This document shows, one piece after another, positions 8,529 to 18,104 of a stretch of DNA of 64,000 nucleotides. The stretch lies in contig CAZJHY010000002.1 in assembly GCA_964545975.1 (NCBI GenBank), forward strand, positions 18,867 through 82,866, in the 5' to 3' direction. Each line of letters opens with the position of its first letter. Positions within the stretch are counted from its first letter, which is position 1. The notes beneath the pieces were generated by a model that was not told the DNA's origin, did not search any database, and was given only the letters and a program-made list of their open reading frames with translations. The DNA is from an uncultured Clostridia bacterium. Its GTDB lineage: Bacteria > Bacillota > DTU025 > MWDF01. Made by a program: the position numbers and the translations under genes.

Positions 8529-9144
8529 AATTAGTTCGGACCGGCTCCTGCCTTTCGGGCACCGTGATGCCGGCCGCCCTTCCGGCTTCGATCGATTTCA
8601 GAAGCCATGCCATGTTCCTTCCCAGCACGCTCATTATCTGAAGGCCTTCGAGGTCCTTTTTGACGTCCTCGGGAGTGGAGCCGTGCACCATGTTCCAGTA
8701 GCGCGATGAGACTATGGGCATGCCGCTTATGGAGAAGTACTTGTTTATCTGGTCGAGGGCGGCAGTGGTGCCTGCGCGGCGCGCGCTCACCACAGCGGCG
8801 GCCGGTTTGAAGGCATACCTCTTCGGGTCGCGGCTTGCATAGAATGCCCTGTCCATGAAGGATGCGAGAATGCCCGAAGCTGACGCATAATGCACAGGCG
8901 AACCGAAGACGAAGCCGTCCGCCTCAAGGGCAAGGTCCAAGAACCTGTTTACAGGATCATCCATGAAGCATCGCCCGGTCTTCGCGCAGGACCCGCATGC
9001 GATGCAGCCCGAGATGGGCTTCACGCCAAGCTGGAACACCTCTGTCTTAATACTGCTCTCCTCAAGCGCGCTCGCTACTGCGGCAAGCGCGGTGTAGGTG
9101 CATCCGTTCGGGTGCGGGCTTCCGTTGACCAGGATAACTTTCAT
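8518..9144 (-). CDS. Iron-sulfur flavoprotein (Isf-like, NADPH-dependent FMN reductase fold)
   Basis: The flavodoxin-like N-terminus is MKVILVNGSPHPNG. The compact motif CIACGSCAKTGRC equals CX2CX2CX5C. Confidence 0.7.
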   Translation of the reverse strand: MKVILVNGSPHPNGCTYTALAAVASALEESSIKTEVFQLGVKPISGCIACGSCAKTGRCFMDDPVNRFLDLALEADGFVFGSPVHYASASGILASFMDRAFYASRDPKRYAFKPAAAVVSARRAGTTAALDQINKYFSISGMPIVSSRYWNMVHGSTPEDVKKDLEGLQIMSVLGRNMAWLLKSIEAGRAAGITVPERQEPVRTNFIR

Positions 9145-9236
9145 CTTCTATACCTCTCTTCAAATGGTTTGGGCCCTGCCTCCAAGACATGACTGGGAAG
9201 AGGTTGCCCTAAGGATTATGGCAATTACGCTTTAAT

Positions 9237-9275
9237 GAAACCGCAGGTTGCCTCATTCCAGCAACCTGCGGTTTC
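9237..9275 (-). terminator. 15-bp perfect hairpin downstream of the 9303..10514 gene
   Basis: GAAACCGCAGGTTGC pairs with GCAACCTGCGGTTTC around a 9-nt loop. The U tract is poor. Confidence 0.45.
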
Positions 9276-9302
9276 ACTTGCTGCATCAGCTATTAGGACA
9301 GC

Positions 9303-10514
9303 CTATTTAAGCGTCCACTCCGCTTTCTGCGTCGTGCCGGTCACAGGGTCGATTACCTTGTCCTCCATCCAATATACCAGAAGACCGTCGGAGGCTCTGA
9401 AAGCCCAAGCCCTCTTGTAGTTCTTTCCGAACTCGAAGATCACCACCCGTCCGGTGCCATCCTTGCTCTCCCCTATGTAGCTGACCTCGATTATGCTGTT
9501 GGTTATGGGGTCCCTGTCAAGGACCTGACCCACCTTGAACTTCGACACTATGCTCTGAGGCATCCAGAAGCTCCCGCCTATCTGGGAAGTTCCGATGATT
9601 ATCTTGGAATCGTATTTCTCCTCAGCGCTGAACACCCGAGTAAGGCTTGCGGTTATGAGCTTCTTGTCTGCCTTCTCCACCCTGAAAGTCACGAGGGCGG
9701 GAACGGAAAGCCCCGGGCCCGTCTTAGGATGCCAGGTCTGTATGTTGCCGTCGTAAGCGAGCGTGAAGCCCGGTTTCACGAAGGCGGGCTGGCTGCTCGC
9801 GCTCCATGGAAGTCCCATGTAGCGCATCGAATAGAACTCGACGGCATTGACCTCTATTGCTGAACCCGGCTTGGCCCTGGATATCCTTGCGCTGTATAGC
9901 AGAAGCCCTGACGATTTCTCCACAATCCATGCGTAATGGGTCTCGGGTCCCTCAACGGGAGTGTATGACAGCTTGACGGCATCGTATGTCTGGTTAAGGA
10001 TCTTCCACTGGATCTCCTCTGTCTTCAGTCCCTTTGCCGTGGTTGCCTTAAGCAGTTCGGTATTGAGCCAGAAAGGTCCCATGCCCGTGGCGGAAATGCT
10101 GCTGTCGTCCTCCCAGGGAAGGAAAGACATATCAACGAATACGGTGCTGAATGTGGTGGCCAGCTTTCCGTCTATTCCTGTGACATCCGTCCTCACAAGC
10201 AGGGGATTGACCGATAGGTCCTCGGGCTTTTGAAGCGGAGCCTCCGACAGCTTTGCTACTGACTGCGACTGAGACCTGCCGATTTCTCCTCCTGCTGTCC
10301 TGTAATAAACGCGAAGGCCTTCCTTCAGCCATGCAGGGGCGGGCATGCCGGCAGCCTCAGGAAGCAGCGATATCAGAATTTCGTCCCCTCCAGTAGCATC
10401 CTTCGTCGGAACGGCCGCATATGCATTGCTCCAGGCCGTCGGCAGGATGCAGGCGGTGGAGAGGATAAGCAGAACAGCAGTCATCACCAGTGATCTCCTT
10501 GCCGGGGTCCTCAT
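9303..10514 (-). CDS. Secreted hypothetical protein
   Basis: ATG at 10514 lies 8 nt after GGGAGGAA. It has a signal peptide (..LSTACILPTAWSNAYA). I recognise no family motif. Confidence 0.6.
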   Translation of the reverse strand: MRTPARRSLVMTAVLLILSTACILPTAWSNAYAAVPTKDATGGDEILISLLPEAAGMPAPAWLKEGLRVYYRTAGGEIGRSQSQSVAKLSEAPLQKPEDLSVNPLLVRTDVTGIDGKLATTFSTVFVDMSFLPWEDDSSISATGMGPFWLNTELLKATTAKGLKTEEIQWKILNQTYDAVKLSYTPVEGPETHYAWIVEKSSGLLLYSARISRAKPGSAIEVNAVEFYSMRYMGLPWSASSQPAFVKPGFTLAYDGNIQTWHPKTGPGLSVPALVTFRVEKADKKLITASLTRVFSAEEKYDSKIIIGTSQIGGSFWMPQSIVSKFKVGQVLDRDPITNSIIEVSYIGESKDGTGRVVIFEFGKNYKRAWAFRASDGLLVYWMEDKVIDPVTGTTQKAEWTLK

Positions 10515-10667
10515 CGCCAATTCCTCCCAGTCATCAGAAGTGCAGGATTAGAAGCCTCCCGCACAGAACTTAGCTATAATCATGGTATCACAGTCCCTCA
10601 ATAATAAATTACGTACGAAAGCGCAAAAACCTTCCATGTCTGACGCAAAAAGACGGAGGCGAGCCCC

Positions 10668-12548
10668 ATGGGAAGATGCTCAATCAGGGCGATGGCGATA
10701 ATAATGTGCCTGATGGCTGCCATAATGAACGGGTGTGTCAAGGAGGAATCCTGCAAGGTAGAGATTTTCGGCACCGTGCGTGACTCATCATCAGAAGCCG
10801 GCATAGCGGGGGCCAGGATATCTGCGGACGGCGGCATATCCGCTCAAAGCGGTCAGGGCGGAGCCTTTGAGACCCAGCAGGTTACGCTTAAGCCCGGGAA
10901 GATAACCGTAAGGTTCACTGCAGACGGCTTTGCCCCCATCAGCAAAGAAATCGCGGTTTCCAGAAGCGCTCGGATGTGCGTGAATGCGGACATGTATCCG
11001 GCATCAGCTGGAAGGCCGCTCGTAGAGTTCAAGTTCACACTGTCCAATGATTATGAGCCTCAAGCGACCGTAATGGCTTCTTCTGCCGTAAGAAGCCTTC
11101 CCATGCAGGCGGAGGGGAGCGAAGAAGCAGCATCGGTTGTCGTATATCCCTCACGTGGGGCGAAGTTCGCTGAGATAAGGGAGACTTCGGAGCGTTTGGG
11201 AAGCATTGTGATAGAATCAGTCCCCGAAATGGGCTACATGCTATTAAGCCTGCCTGAGGGCTCAGACGCAGCGGAGTTCTCCGAAAGGCTCAAAGGCCTC
11301 TCATGGGTGGACGATGCCGAACCGGATTACGTGTGCTACACTCTCGGCGGCTATGTCCCGGATGACATGTACTGGCCGCAGCAGTGGGCTTTAAGGGCTT
11401 CGAGCATGCACAGGATGTGGAGGTATGCGATTCCCTCCGCCCCTGTGGTGGTTGCGGTGGTCGATACCGGCGTCGATGTGAGCCACCCGGACCTTAGCTC
11501 CAGATGCCTTCCAATGCTTAACTCCATAAATACGAACATGTTGGACAATGCGGGGCACGGAACGCACGTGACGGGAATCATAGCCGCCGAGATGGACAAT
11601 TCGGTCGGAATAGCCGGAGTGGCCAGCAATGCCGTGATTCTGCCTATTAAGAGCATGGAGAAGAGAGGGAGCACATCCTCGGGGACTATGTCCACTATCT
11701 CCAGGGGGATCCGCCTTGCCGCAGACAACGGGGCGGATATCATCAGCATGAGCATCGGATGGCCGCTGTTCTTCTCTGATTGTTCCTTCAGGCTTCTGAA
11801 GGAGGCATTGGACTATGCAGATTCCAAGGGGTGCGTGCTTGTGGCCGCGGCAGGCAACAACGGGTCCGACACGGACCTAACCATGCCCGGGAAATATGAG
11901 AAATGTTACTCTGTAGGTGCCATCACGCCGGCAATGTTTGTTGCCAATTACTCTAACACTGGGCCTGGACTGGACATATTCGCCCCCGGAGGGGGCACTG
12001 GCGCCTATGGCGTGCTCAGCACCGTGCCGTTTGCAGTAGAATCCACGGGCTATGTCAGGATGAGCGGCACCTCGATGGCCACCCCCCACATATCCGGGAT
12101 GCTGGCCGTACTTATGTCGCTCGGAATGGATGCTGAAGAGGCTAAGGACGCGCTTGACGCATCCTCGGAGTACTTGGAAGGCGAGGATGTGGGAGTGGCC
12201 AATTGTTATGCTGCGGCCGCCGGAGCCAGGGGAAGCCGCGCGATGTTCTGGCTTTGCGATGAGGATGGAGACCCATTAAGCTATGCATTCATGGGTTCCG
12301 ACGCCTCCAGGGACATGGTTGTCTTCGGCGATACGCAGGGAAGCGCGTTCCTCTGCGGATGGGTGAAGCTTTCTGCAGCAGACTACCCAAGCCAGGGGGA
12401 CTTCTTCGGAAAGCAGGAGGTGTTCCTGGATGAGATTCCGCTGACGCTTCCCTCTATCCTTAAGCTGAGGTTCGTAGACCTTGAGGATGAGGAAACGACG
12501 CGCAGCCTGTCTGTACCGGAAATCTGGGGGGAGTCGGGCAATGAATAG
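10668..12548 (+). CDS. S8 subtilisin-like serine protease, probable lipoprotein, with N-terminal carboxypeptidase-regulatory-like domain
   Basis: Catalytic blocks are VAVVDTGVDVSHPDL (Asp), HGTHVTGIIAA (His) and SGTSMATPHISG (Ser). An N-terminal Cys follows the hydrophobic segment. Confidence 0.85.
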   Translation: MGRCSIRAMAIIMCLMAAIMNGCVKEESCKVEIFGTVRDSSSEAGIAGARISADGGISAQSGQGGAFETQQVTLKPGKITVRFTADGFAPISKEIAVSRSARMCVNADMYPASAGRPLVEFKFTLSNDYEPQATVMASSAVRSLPMQAEGSEEAASVVVYPSRGAKFAEIRETSERLGSIVIESVPEMGYMLLSLPEGSDAAEFSERLKGLSWVDDAEPDYVCYTLGGYVPDDMYWPQQWALRASSMHRMWRYAIPSAPVVVAVVDTGVDVSHPDLSSRCLPMLNSINTNMLDNAGHGTHVTGIIAAEMDNSVGIAGVASNAVILPIKSMEKRGSTSSGTMSTISRGIRLAADNGADIISMSIGWPLFFSDCSFRLLKEALDYADSKGCVLVAAAGNNGSDTDLTMPGKYEKCYSVGAITPAMFVANYSNTGPGLDIFAPGGGTGAYGVLSTVPFAVESTGYVRMSGTSMATPHISGMLAVLMSLGMDAEEAKDALDASSEYLEGEDVGVANCYAAAAGARGSRAMFWLCDEDGDPLSYAFMGSDASRDMVVFGDTQGSAFLCGWVKLSAADYPSQGDFFGKQEVFLDEIPLTLPSILKLRFVDLEDEETTRSLSVPEIWGESGNE

Positions 12549-12599
12549 AACAATCGGGAGCTTGATACCGTCACAAAGCCATGAAGGCGGTGACACTCG

Positions 12600-14477
12600 A
12601 TGATCAAGAGGCTATTGGCGCTGCTGGCCGCATCTGCCCTTGTGCTTATGGCTGGCTGCAGTGAGACGGTGACCTTCAGCTTGGAAGTCGGAGGCACGGT
12701 CAGGGATCAATCGACCAGCTTCGCGATTTTCGGCGTGGCAGTCAGAGCTGAAGTGCAAGGTAAGCCGGGGCAGGTGACCACGAGCACCAACTCAAGCGGA
12801 GGGTATTCGTTCACTTTGACCGGGCTCAAGGCCGGGTCGGTGATAACGGTCAACTTCAGCCATGCCGACTACTACCAGGAGACCAGGACATTCACCAGGA
12901 GTACTGGCGGAAGCCACCTCCTGAATGTGTATATGGTTCAGGAATCGTCGGTAAACACTATATCGGGGTATGCAACCCTGATGAACCTTACCCCGCCGGC
13001 GGCATCGAAGACGCCTCTTGCTTCAAGCACGATAACGGTAAAGCCCGGCTATGATACTGAACCCACGGAAATCATTGTCGCCCCAAGAAAGGGCGCCAGT
13101 TTCCCTGCTATAGAGGGCTTCGCCCTGAAAAGGGGCTCAGCTGTGATAAGAAGCAACCCACGACTTGGCGTGATCATACTGAGAGTGCCCGAGGGAAGGT
13201 TCGCAGACGAGTTCGCGGCCGAAGTAGGCGGCGAGCCCTGGGTGGATTATGCGGAGCCGAACGGCAAGCTTTGGGCTAGCGGCTACTCCATACCAGACGA
13301 CGATTACTTCCAAGGCTACCAGTGGAACCTATTCGCGACCACGATGCCATTCGTATGGGATGGAGGCTTCTTCTCCCCGCCAGTCACGGTTGCCGTAATA
13401 GACACCAGGGTGGACGTGGCCCATCCAGACCTGTCCGGTCATGTAGACGACCTGGTGGATATCGTGAATAGCTCGTATGACTCGACTCAAAAGAAGTATC
13501 CCCATGGCACGCATGTAGCGGGAATAATTGGCGCGGTGACGGACAATAATAGCTATATGGCCGGCATGAACATCGGCGGCATAACGATACTGCCGATAAG
13601 GGGCTTAAGGGATGACGGAGGCGGGGATTATGATCAAATCGCGTCAGCAATCCAGCACGCAAGGCTGAACGGGGCGGATGTGATCAACCTGAGCCTAGGA
13701 GGCGGCGGGTTCAGCCAAGCAGTTTTCAACGAGGTGAATAGCGCGATAGCATCCGGGATAGCCGTTGTGGCTGCGGCTGGAAATGATGGCAGCTCCGAAT
13801 TGGATTTCCCGGCAAACATCCCCGGGGTCATCGCGGTCTCCGCCGTTGGCGATTTCTTCCAGCGGGCGGCTTACTCGAACTATGGAGAGGATTTGGACTT
13901 CGCGGCGCCAGGGGGCACTTCGTCTCTTGGAGTGAGGAGCCTTTATCCTAGCGACAGGGGCTATGTTGGATCCATGGCCGGCACTTCCCAGGCGGCGCCT
14001 CATGTGGCGGCATTGTTCGCAATGCTCATGCAGCAGGGGCACTCGCTGTCCTCCGCCGAGGACATCTTGAGGAAGACGTCACAGCTCAGCGACATATCAT
14101 TGCCTTATTACGGCTCGGGAATAATAAACGCACATGCAGCCTTGAAGGGGCTTACCATGGATAAAGCGGTATTCGCGCTTTTCGACAAGTATACCTTGAT
14201 GCAAGTCCCGGGGTGCTCCGGCTATGGCAACGCTGAGGACAGAAGCTTCGACTTCCCCAGCCAGCAGGGGGAATACTACCTGTTAGGGTGGCTTGATACC
14301 GACGCAAACGGCGACTACTCAGATGAGGATTATTACGGCATCGAAGAAGTCAGCATAGGCGGGTTCGGCCTCTCAAGAGGAAGCGATGTGCTTGAGATGT
14401 ACCTCTACAAGGAGGTAGCGGCAGGATCAGCCAAACAGGGAGGAATGGTCCTGCAGGAGCCTGTGCCTTTCCTCTAG
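12600..14477 (+). CDS. S8 subtilisin-like serine protease, lipoprotein; paralog of the upstream gene
   Basis: Lipobox LMAGC. Catalytic blocks are VAVIDTRVDVAHPDL, HGTHVAGIIGA and AGTSQAAPHVAALFA. The domain order matches the 10668 gene. Confidence 0.85.
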   Translation: MIKRLLALLAASALVLMAGCSETVTFSLEVGGTVRDQSTSFAIFGVAVRAEVQGKPGQVTTSTNSSGGYSFTLTGLKAGSVITVNFSHADYYQETRTFTRSTGGSHLLNVYMVQESSVNTISGYATLMNLTPPAASKTPLASSTITVKPGYDTEPTEIIVAPRKGASFPAIEGFALKRGSAVIRSNPRLGVIILRVPEGRFADEFAAEVGGEPWVDYAEPNGKLWASGYSIPDDDYFQGYQWNLFATTMPFVWDGGFFSPPVTVAVIDTRVDVAHPDLSGHVDDLVDIVNSSYDSTQKKYPHGTHVAGIIGAVTDNNSYMAGMNIGGITILPIRGLRDDGGGDYDQIASAIQHARLNGADVINLSLGGGGFSQAVFNEVNSAIASGIAVVAAAGNDGSSELDFPANIPGVIAVSAVGDFFQRAAYSNYGEDLDFAAPGGTSSLGVRSLYPSDRGYVGSMAGTSQAAPHVAALFAMLMQQGHSLSSAEDILRKTSQLSDISLPYYGSGIINAHAALKGLTMDKAVFALFDKYTLMQVPGCSGYGNAEDRSFDFPSQQGEYYLLGWLDTDANGDYSDEDYYGIEEVSIGGFGLSRGSDVLEMYLYKEVAAGSAKQGGMVLQEPVPFL

Positions 14478-17400
14478 GATCGGGGTTGGATCGCTTCTAT
14501 GCCCCTATCCTTGAAGACCGCGATGCAGGCATCAACGACATCAGGATCCAGCGCCGTTCCACGTAGCGCAAGGACCTCCTCGAGCGCTTCAGGAAGGGAA
14601 CTTGCCGGCCTGTACGGCCTGTGGGAAGTCATAGCGTCCACTATATCGGAGACGGCGATTATCTTGGCCTCCAGGAGGATCTCATCGCCTTTGAGCCCCC
14701 TGGGATAACCGTTTCCGTCGATTCTCTCGTGATGCTGGAACACGATTTCCGCAAGAGGCCACGGCAGCTTAATGTTGGAAAGGATATCCCTTCCCGACTT
14801 GCAATGCATCTGCACAAGCTTGTATTCAAGCGGTGTAAGGGTCCTTGGCCTGTTGAGGATGTCTGCAGGTATGTGAAGCTTTCCTATGTCATGGACCAGG
14901 GCGGATTTCGATATCGCCTCAACCCTGCCGTTCGAAAGGCCCATCTGCCTTGCGATGCTTTCAGCGATTTCCGCAACCCCCCTCTGATGTCCTGCTGTAT
15001 AGGGGTCTTTGAACTCGGTTACGGAGGAGAGCACGTCAAGGCTCCTGTTCCAAGCGAGCTTAAGCTCCTCGTGAGTTCTCAGCCTTTCGATTTCGGCAAG
15101 CTTCTTCTCCGTGTTGTCAATGATGACTCCCTGGATGCCTTCGATACTGCCGTCAGTCGCCCGAACTATCTTCGTATGGTCCTCAACCCAGATGAAATCC
15201 CCGTTTGCCATTCGCAGCCGGTATTCCTGGACGTATTCGGACATGCCTTTCTGCATGTACTCATCCGCTTCCCTGGTAAGATTCGCCAGATCCTCCTCGT
15301 GGACAAGTTCGGTGAACATTAGCTTGCGGCCCAGCAGGTCGTCAGGGCTGTACCCCCAGCGCGACACATTGGATGAAACATATTCTATAGACCAGTCAAC
15401 CTGATTTGACCATTTGATGAGCACTGCAGGGCTCTCCTTGATCACTTCGTTCGCCAAGCCGAGCATCTGCTGGCTTTGCGCCAGCTCGGACATGTCGTGG
15501 TAGATCGCATAGACATACCTCGAACCATCAGGGAGAGTCAACGGGATGCAGATCACACGGACCGGGATAATGCTTCCGTCCGCCCTCTGCCTCCTTGCCG
15601 TAAAATCGAGCTTGCTGCCCTCGATCGATTTGACGATATTTGATTCTATATCCTGTGCCGTCAGCTCAGTGCCTATCAGCCCTGAGAGAGTCTTCCCAAT
15701 TATTGAGCTCCTTGAGAATCCGAAAAGCTTCCTGAAGGCGATGTTTGCGCGGGTGATCCTTATGTCGCTGTCTATTACGACGACAGCGTCCGGGTTATTC
15801 TCGAACAGGCTGTCCAGATAAGCCCTCTCCCGTTCCAGCTTATCCTCCATCTGCCTGCGTTCCGAGATGTCATTGACGGTGAAGGAGAGCACCATCTTGT
15901 CCGCAAGGAAGAGTGTGCTTGCGAAAAGTTCGACATCCTTAACTAAGCCGCCTGATGCAAGCTGTCTTGTAAGCATTGAGCCGAACCCGGAATCCTTTGC
16001 TGATCCGGCCATGGCTTCGATGCTTCCGGATGATTCCGGCGGGGAGAAGCTGATAATGGTTCTGCCCTGCAAATCCTGCTCCGACAGACCATAGAACGAC
16101 TGCGATGCCTTGTTGGCCATCAGTACGGAGTACCTGTCGGCCTCGACGATAAGCATGGGGAGGTAGTTGTCCATGAACAGGGTCCTGAAGCGCTCTTCAG
16201 ACAGCGACATGCTTATGGCGGCCTCTTTCTGTTCTGTTATGTCCTGGCCCAGACAGATATAGCCCATGGTCTCGCCTTTGTCGATCACAGCTTTGGCAAT
16301 CCACCTCTGCCAGCGCTTCCTTTCATTCCTTATCAGCTCCAGCTCCTCAGAGTGGGTGGCATCCTTTCCATCAACTTCACTTCGCATCTTCCTGAAGAAC
16401 TGAACGTAATCCTCGCTGAAGACCTCATCCAGGGCTTTGCCGAGGTACTGCTCAGGGCTTCCGAGCTCGGCCATCTCCCTTAAAGAATCGTTGACATAGG
16501 TTATCCGGTAGCCAGAATCAAGGGAGAGGACGCACATAGGCATGCTCTCCACAAGGCTCCTGTACTTCAGCTCGCTTGCGGAGATCTCCCTTTGGAAGTT
16601 CCTTAGCGCAGTCTGGTCGGCAATCACCATGCCGAAAGTCTCTTCCGTCACGGGGAAGGCGGATATGTAAAGCCATCTTTGCGCTCCTGAAGAGAATCCG
16701 TCGATGACCACTGAACGCTTATCCAAGGCAGCCCGAAGTATCATGTCATACCAGCCTGCGTTAAGGAAGCTTGTGTTCTCCCGGAGCTTCCCGCCCAGCT
16801 GGAAGGGGCCTTTCTCGCCGGTGTTCCTCTCAAAAGCCGGATTCACGTCGATTAGCTCCATCTCCTTGTTTGAAGAACCGACTGGAAGCCTGTAGAGCAT
16901 GAACCCGGTTCCTGTGTGCAGGAAGAGGCTCCTGTACGTCCTTTCGCTCCTCTCCAGGTTCTGCTCTGCCTTGACCTCGCCCGAAACATCCCAGCCCACA
17001 AAGGTGAACCTGGTTGCCTGATTGTCGGGGTTTATGCTCGGATAGAGAGTGAAGCTCACATGTCTGCCCGCCAGCCTTTGCGTCTGCCTTGTTGACTCCC
17101 TCAGGGTCATCCTTGATTCAGAAACCATATCCTTCAGAAGATGCTCTGCCTCAGGCAGGATGTGGTAAATGGTCTGCCCGATGAGATCCATGCGGCTCTT
17201 TTTCAGCCATTTCTCCGATTCCTTGTTGGCAGCGATTATGAGCATGTCAGTATCAGTAATGAATGCGGGGTGGGCCAGAGCGGCAATCAGGGATGACCTG
17301 TCTGCAAGCAGAGGCATGATGCCCATCTCCAGATTGCCCCTTATGGCAGGCACTGTGAAACCTATGTAGAAGGACAGGTATGCAAACATATAGGAGAGTG

Positions 17401-18073
17401 ATTCCAGTATGTGGTAGTTGGGGCTGCTTGCCCTCAAACTGACGAGAGATACAACTCCACCAGTGATTAGCAGAACTCCGCCAATGGCGAAGGAAGCCAG
17501 ATAGGGTCTAAGGAACCTTTTACCGAGCAGGGCAGCAAGAAGGCCCGCTATCGAGAAAAGCTGCATGAAATTGAAGGATAACGCCAGGAAGGTAGGGTTT
17601 GACGCATCGTCGATAAGCGCAGGGAATGCTCCGAGATAGATCAGGAAATAGCAAAGAAGCATTACGAAGATAGTTACCGGCTGCATAAGCCAGATCCTGT
17701 CCTCCCTTGACCTAAGGACAAGATACTCTATGATGACGAAGCTTTGAGCTATCCTTACTACATATTGGATCTGCAAGCCGGCCTGCCCGGAGTAGTTCAG
17801 GAATGTAAGATATCCCAAATCGAACAGCAGGTGTATGTAAATGGACAGCCATGTGGCTATGGATGCGACCATGAGCGAGAAAGTATAGATGTCCTTGCTG
17901 TTGCGGTTCAGGTAATACAGGGTCACCATCGCCATCAAACCGATTGTCATGGAGCAGAAGCCGAAGAAGATATGCGTGGCTGCGTTGCCCTGCAAGGCTA
18001 TAAGAGCGATTGATGACAGGATCGCAAACGCTGATATACCCCATATGATAAACTCCCTGATCCTTCTGTACAT
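14474..18073 (-). CDS. Membrane-bound multi-PAS HD-GYP domain protein (probable c-di-GMP phosphodiesterase/sensor)
   Basis: The start was set to the ATG at 18073 (GGAGG 4 nt upstream). It has about 8 N-terminal TM segments and several PAS-like modules. The C-terminus reads HDIGKLHIP...HHERIDGNGYPRGL. Confidence 0.85.
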   Translation of the reverse strand: MYRRIREFIIWGISAFAILSSIALIALQGNAATHIFFGFCSMTIGLMAMVTLYYLNRNSKDIYTFSLMVASIATWLSIYIHLLFDLGYLTFLNYSGQAGLQIQYVVRIAQSFVIIEYLVLRSREDRIWLMQPVTIFVMLLCYFLIYLGAFPALIDDASNPTFLALSFNFMQLFSIAGLLAALLGKRFLRPYLASFAIGGVLLITGGVVSLVSLRASSPNYHILESLSYMFAYLSFYIGFTVPAIRGNLEMGIMPLLADRSSLIAALAHPAFITDTDMLIIAANKESEKWLKKSRMDLIGQTIYHILPEAEHLLKDMVSESRMTLRESTRQTQRLAGRHVSFTLYPSINPDNQATRFTFVGWDVSGEVKAEQNLERSERTYRSLFLHTGTGFMLYRLPVGSSNKEMELIDVNPAFERNTGEKGPFQLGGKLRENTSFLNAGWYDMILRAALDKRSVVIDGFSSGAQRWLYISAFPVTEETFGMVIADQTALRNFQREISASELKYRSLVESMPMCVLSLDSGYRITYVNDSLREMAELGSPEQYLGKALDEVFSEDYVQFFRKMRSEVDGKDATHSEELELIRNERKRWQRWIAKAVIDKGETMGYICLGQDITEQKEAAISMSLSEERFRTLFMDNYLPMLIVEADRYSVLMANKASQSFYGLSEQDLQGRTIISFSPPESSGSIEAMAGSAKDSGFGSMLTRQLASGGLVKDVELFASTLFLADKMVLSFTVNDISERRQMEDKLERERAYLDSLFENNPDAVVVIDSDIRITRANIAFRKLFGFSRSSIIGKTLSGLIGTELTAQDIESNIVKSIEGSKLDFTARRQRADGSIIPVRVICIPLTLPDGSRYVYAIYHDMSELAQSQQMLGLANEVIKESPAVLIKWSNQVDWSIEYVSSNVSRWGYSPDDLLGRKLMFTELVHEEDLANLTREADEYMQKGMSEYVQEYRLRMANGDFIWVEDHTKIVRATDGSIEGIQGVIIDNTEKKLAEIERLRTHEELKLAWNRSLDVLSSVTEFKDPYTAGHQRGVAEIAESIARQMGLSNGRVEAISKSALVHDIGKLHIPADILNRPRTLTPLEYKLVQMHCKSGRDILSNIKLPWPLAEIVFQHHERIDGNGYPRGLKGDEILLEAKIIAVSDIVDAMTSHRPYRPASSLPEALEEVLALRGTALDPDVVDACIAVFKDRGIEAIQPRS

Positions 18074-18104
18074 GCAGCCTCCGTTGCCCCGATGGCTTCT
18101 GCCA

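Noticed and set aside
14621-15322. Long ORFs antisense to, or out of frame with, confident genes. Examples are 14621..15322, 36716..37462, 43605..44321, 46210..46950, 60571..61368, 60808..61512 and 62089..62760.
   Set aside because: They lie entirely inside genes with strong family motifs on the other strand or frame, and they have biased Arg/Pro/Gly/Ser-rich composition typical of GC-rich antisense frames. They have no RBS and no recognisable motifs.
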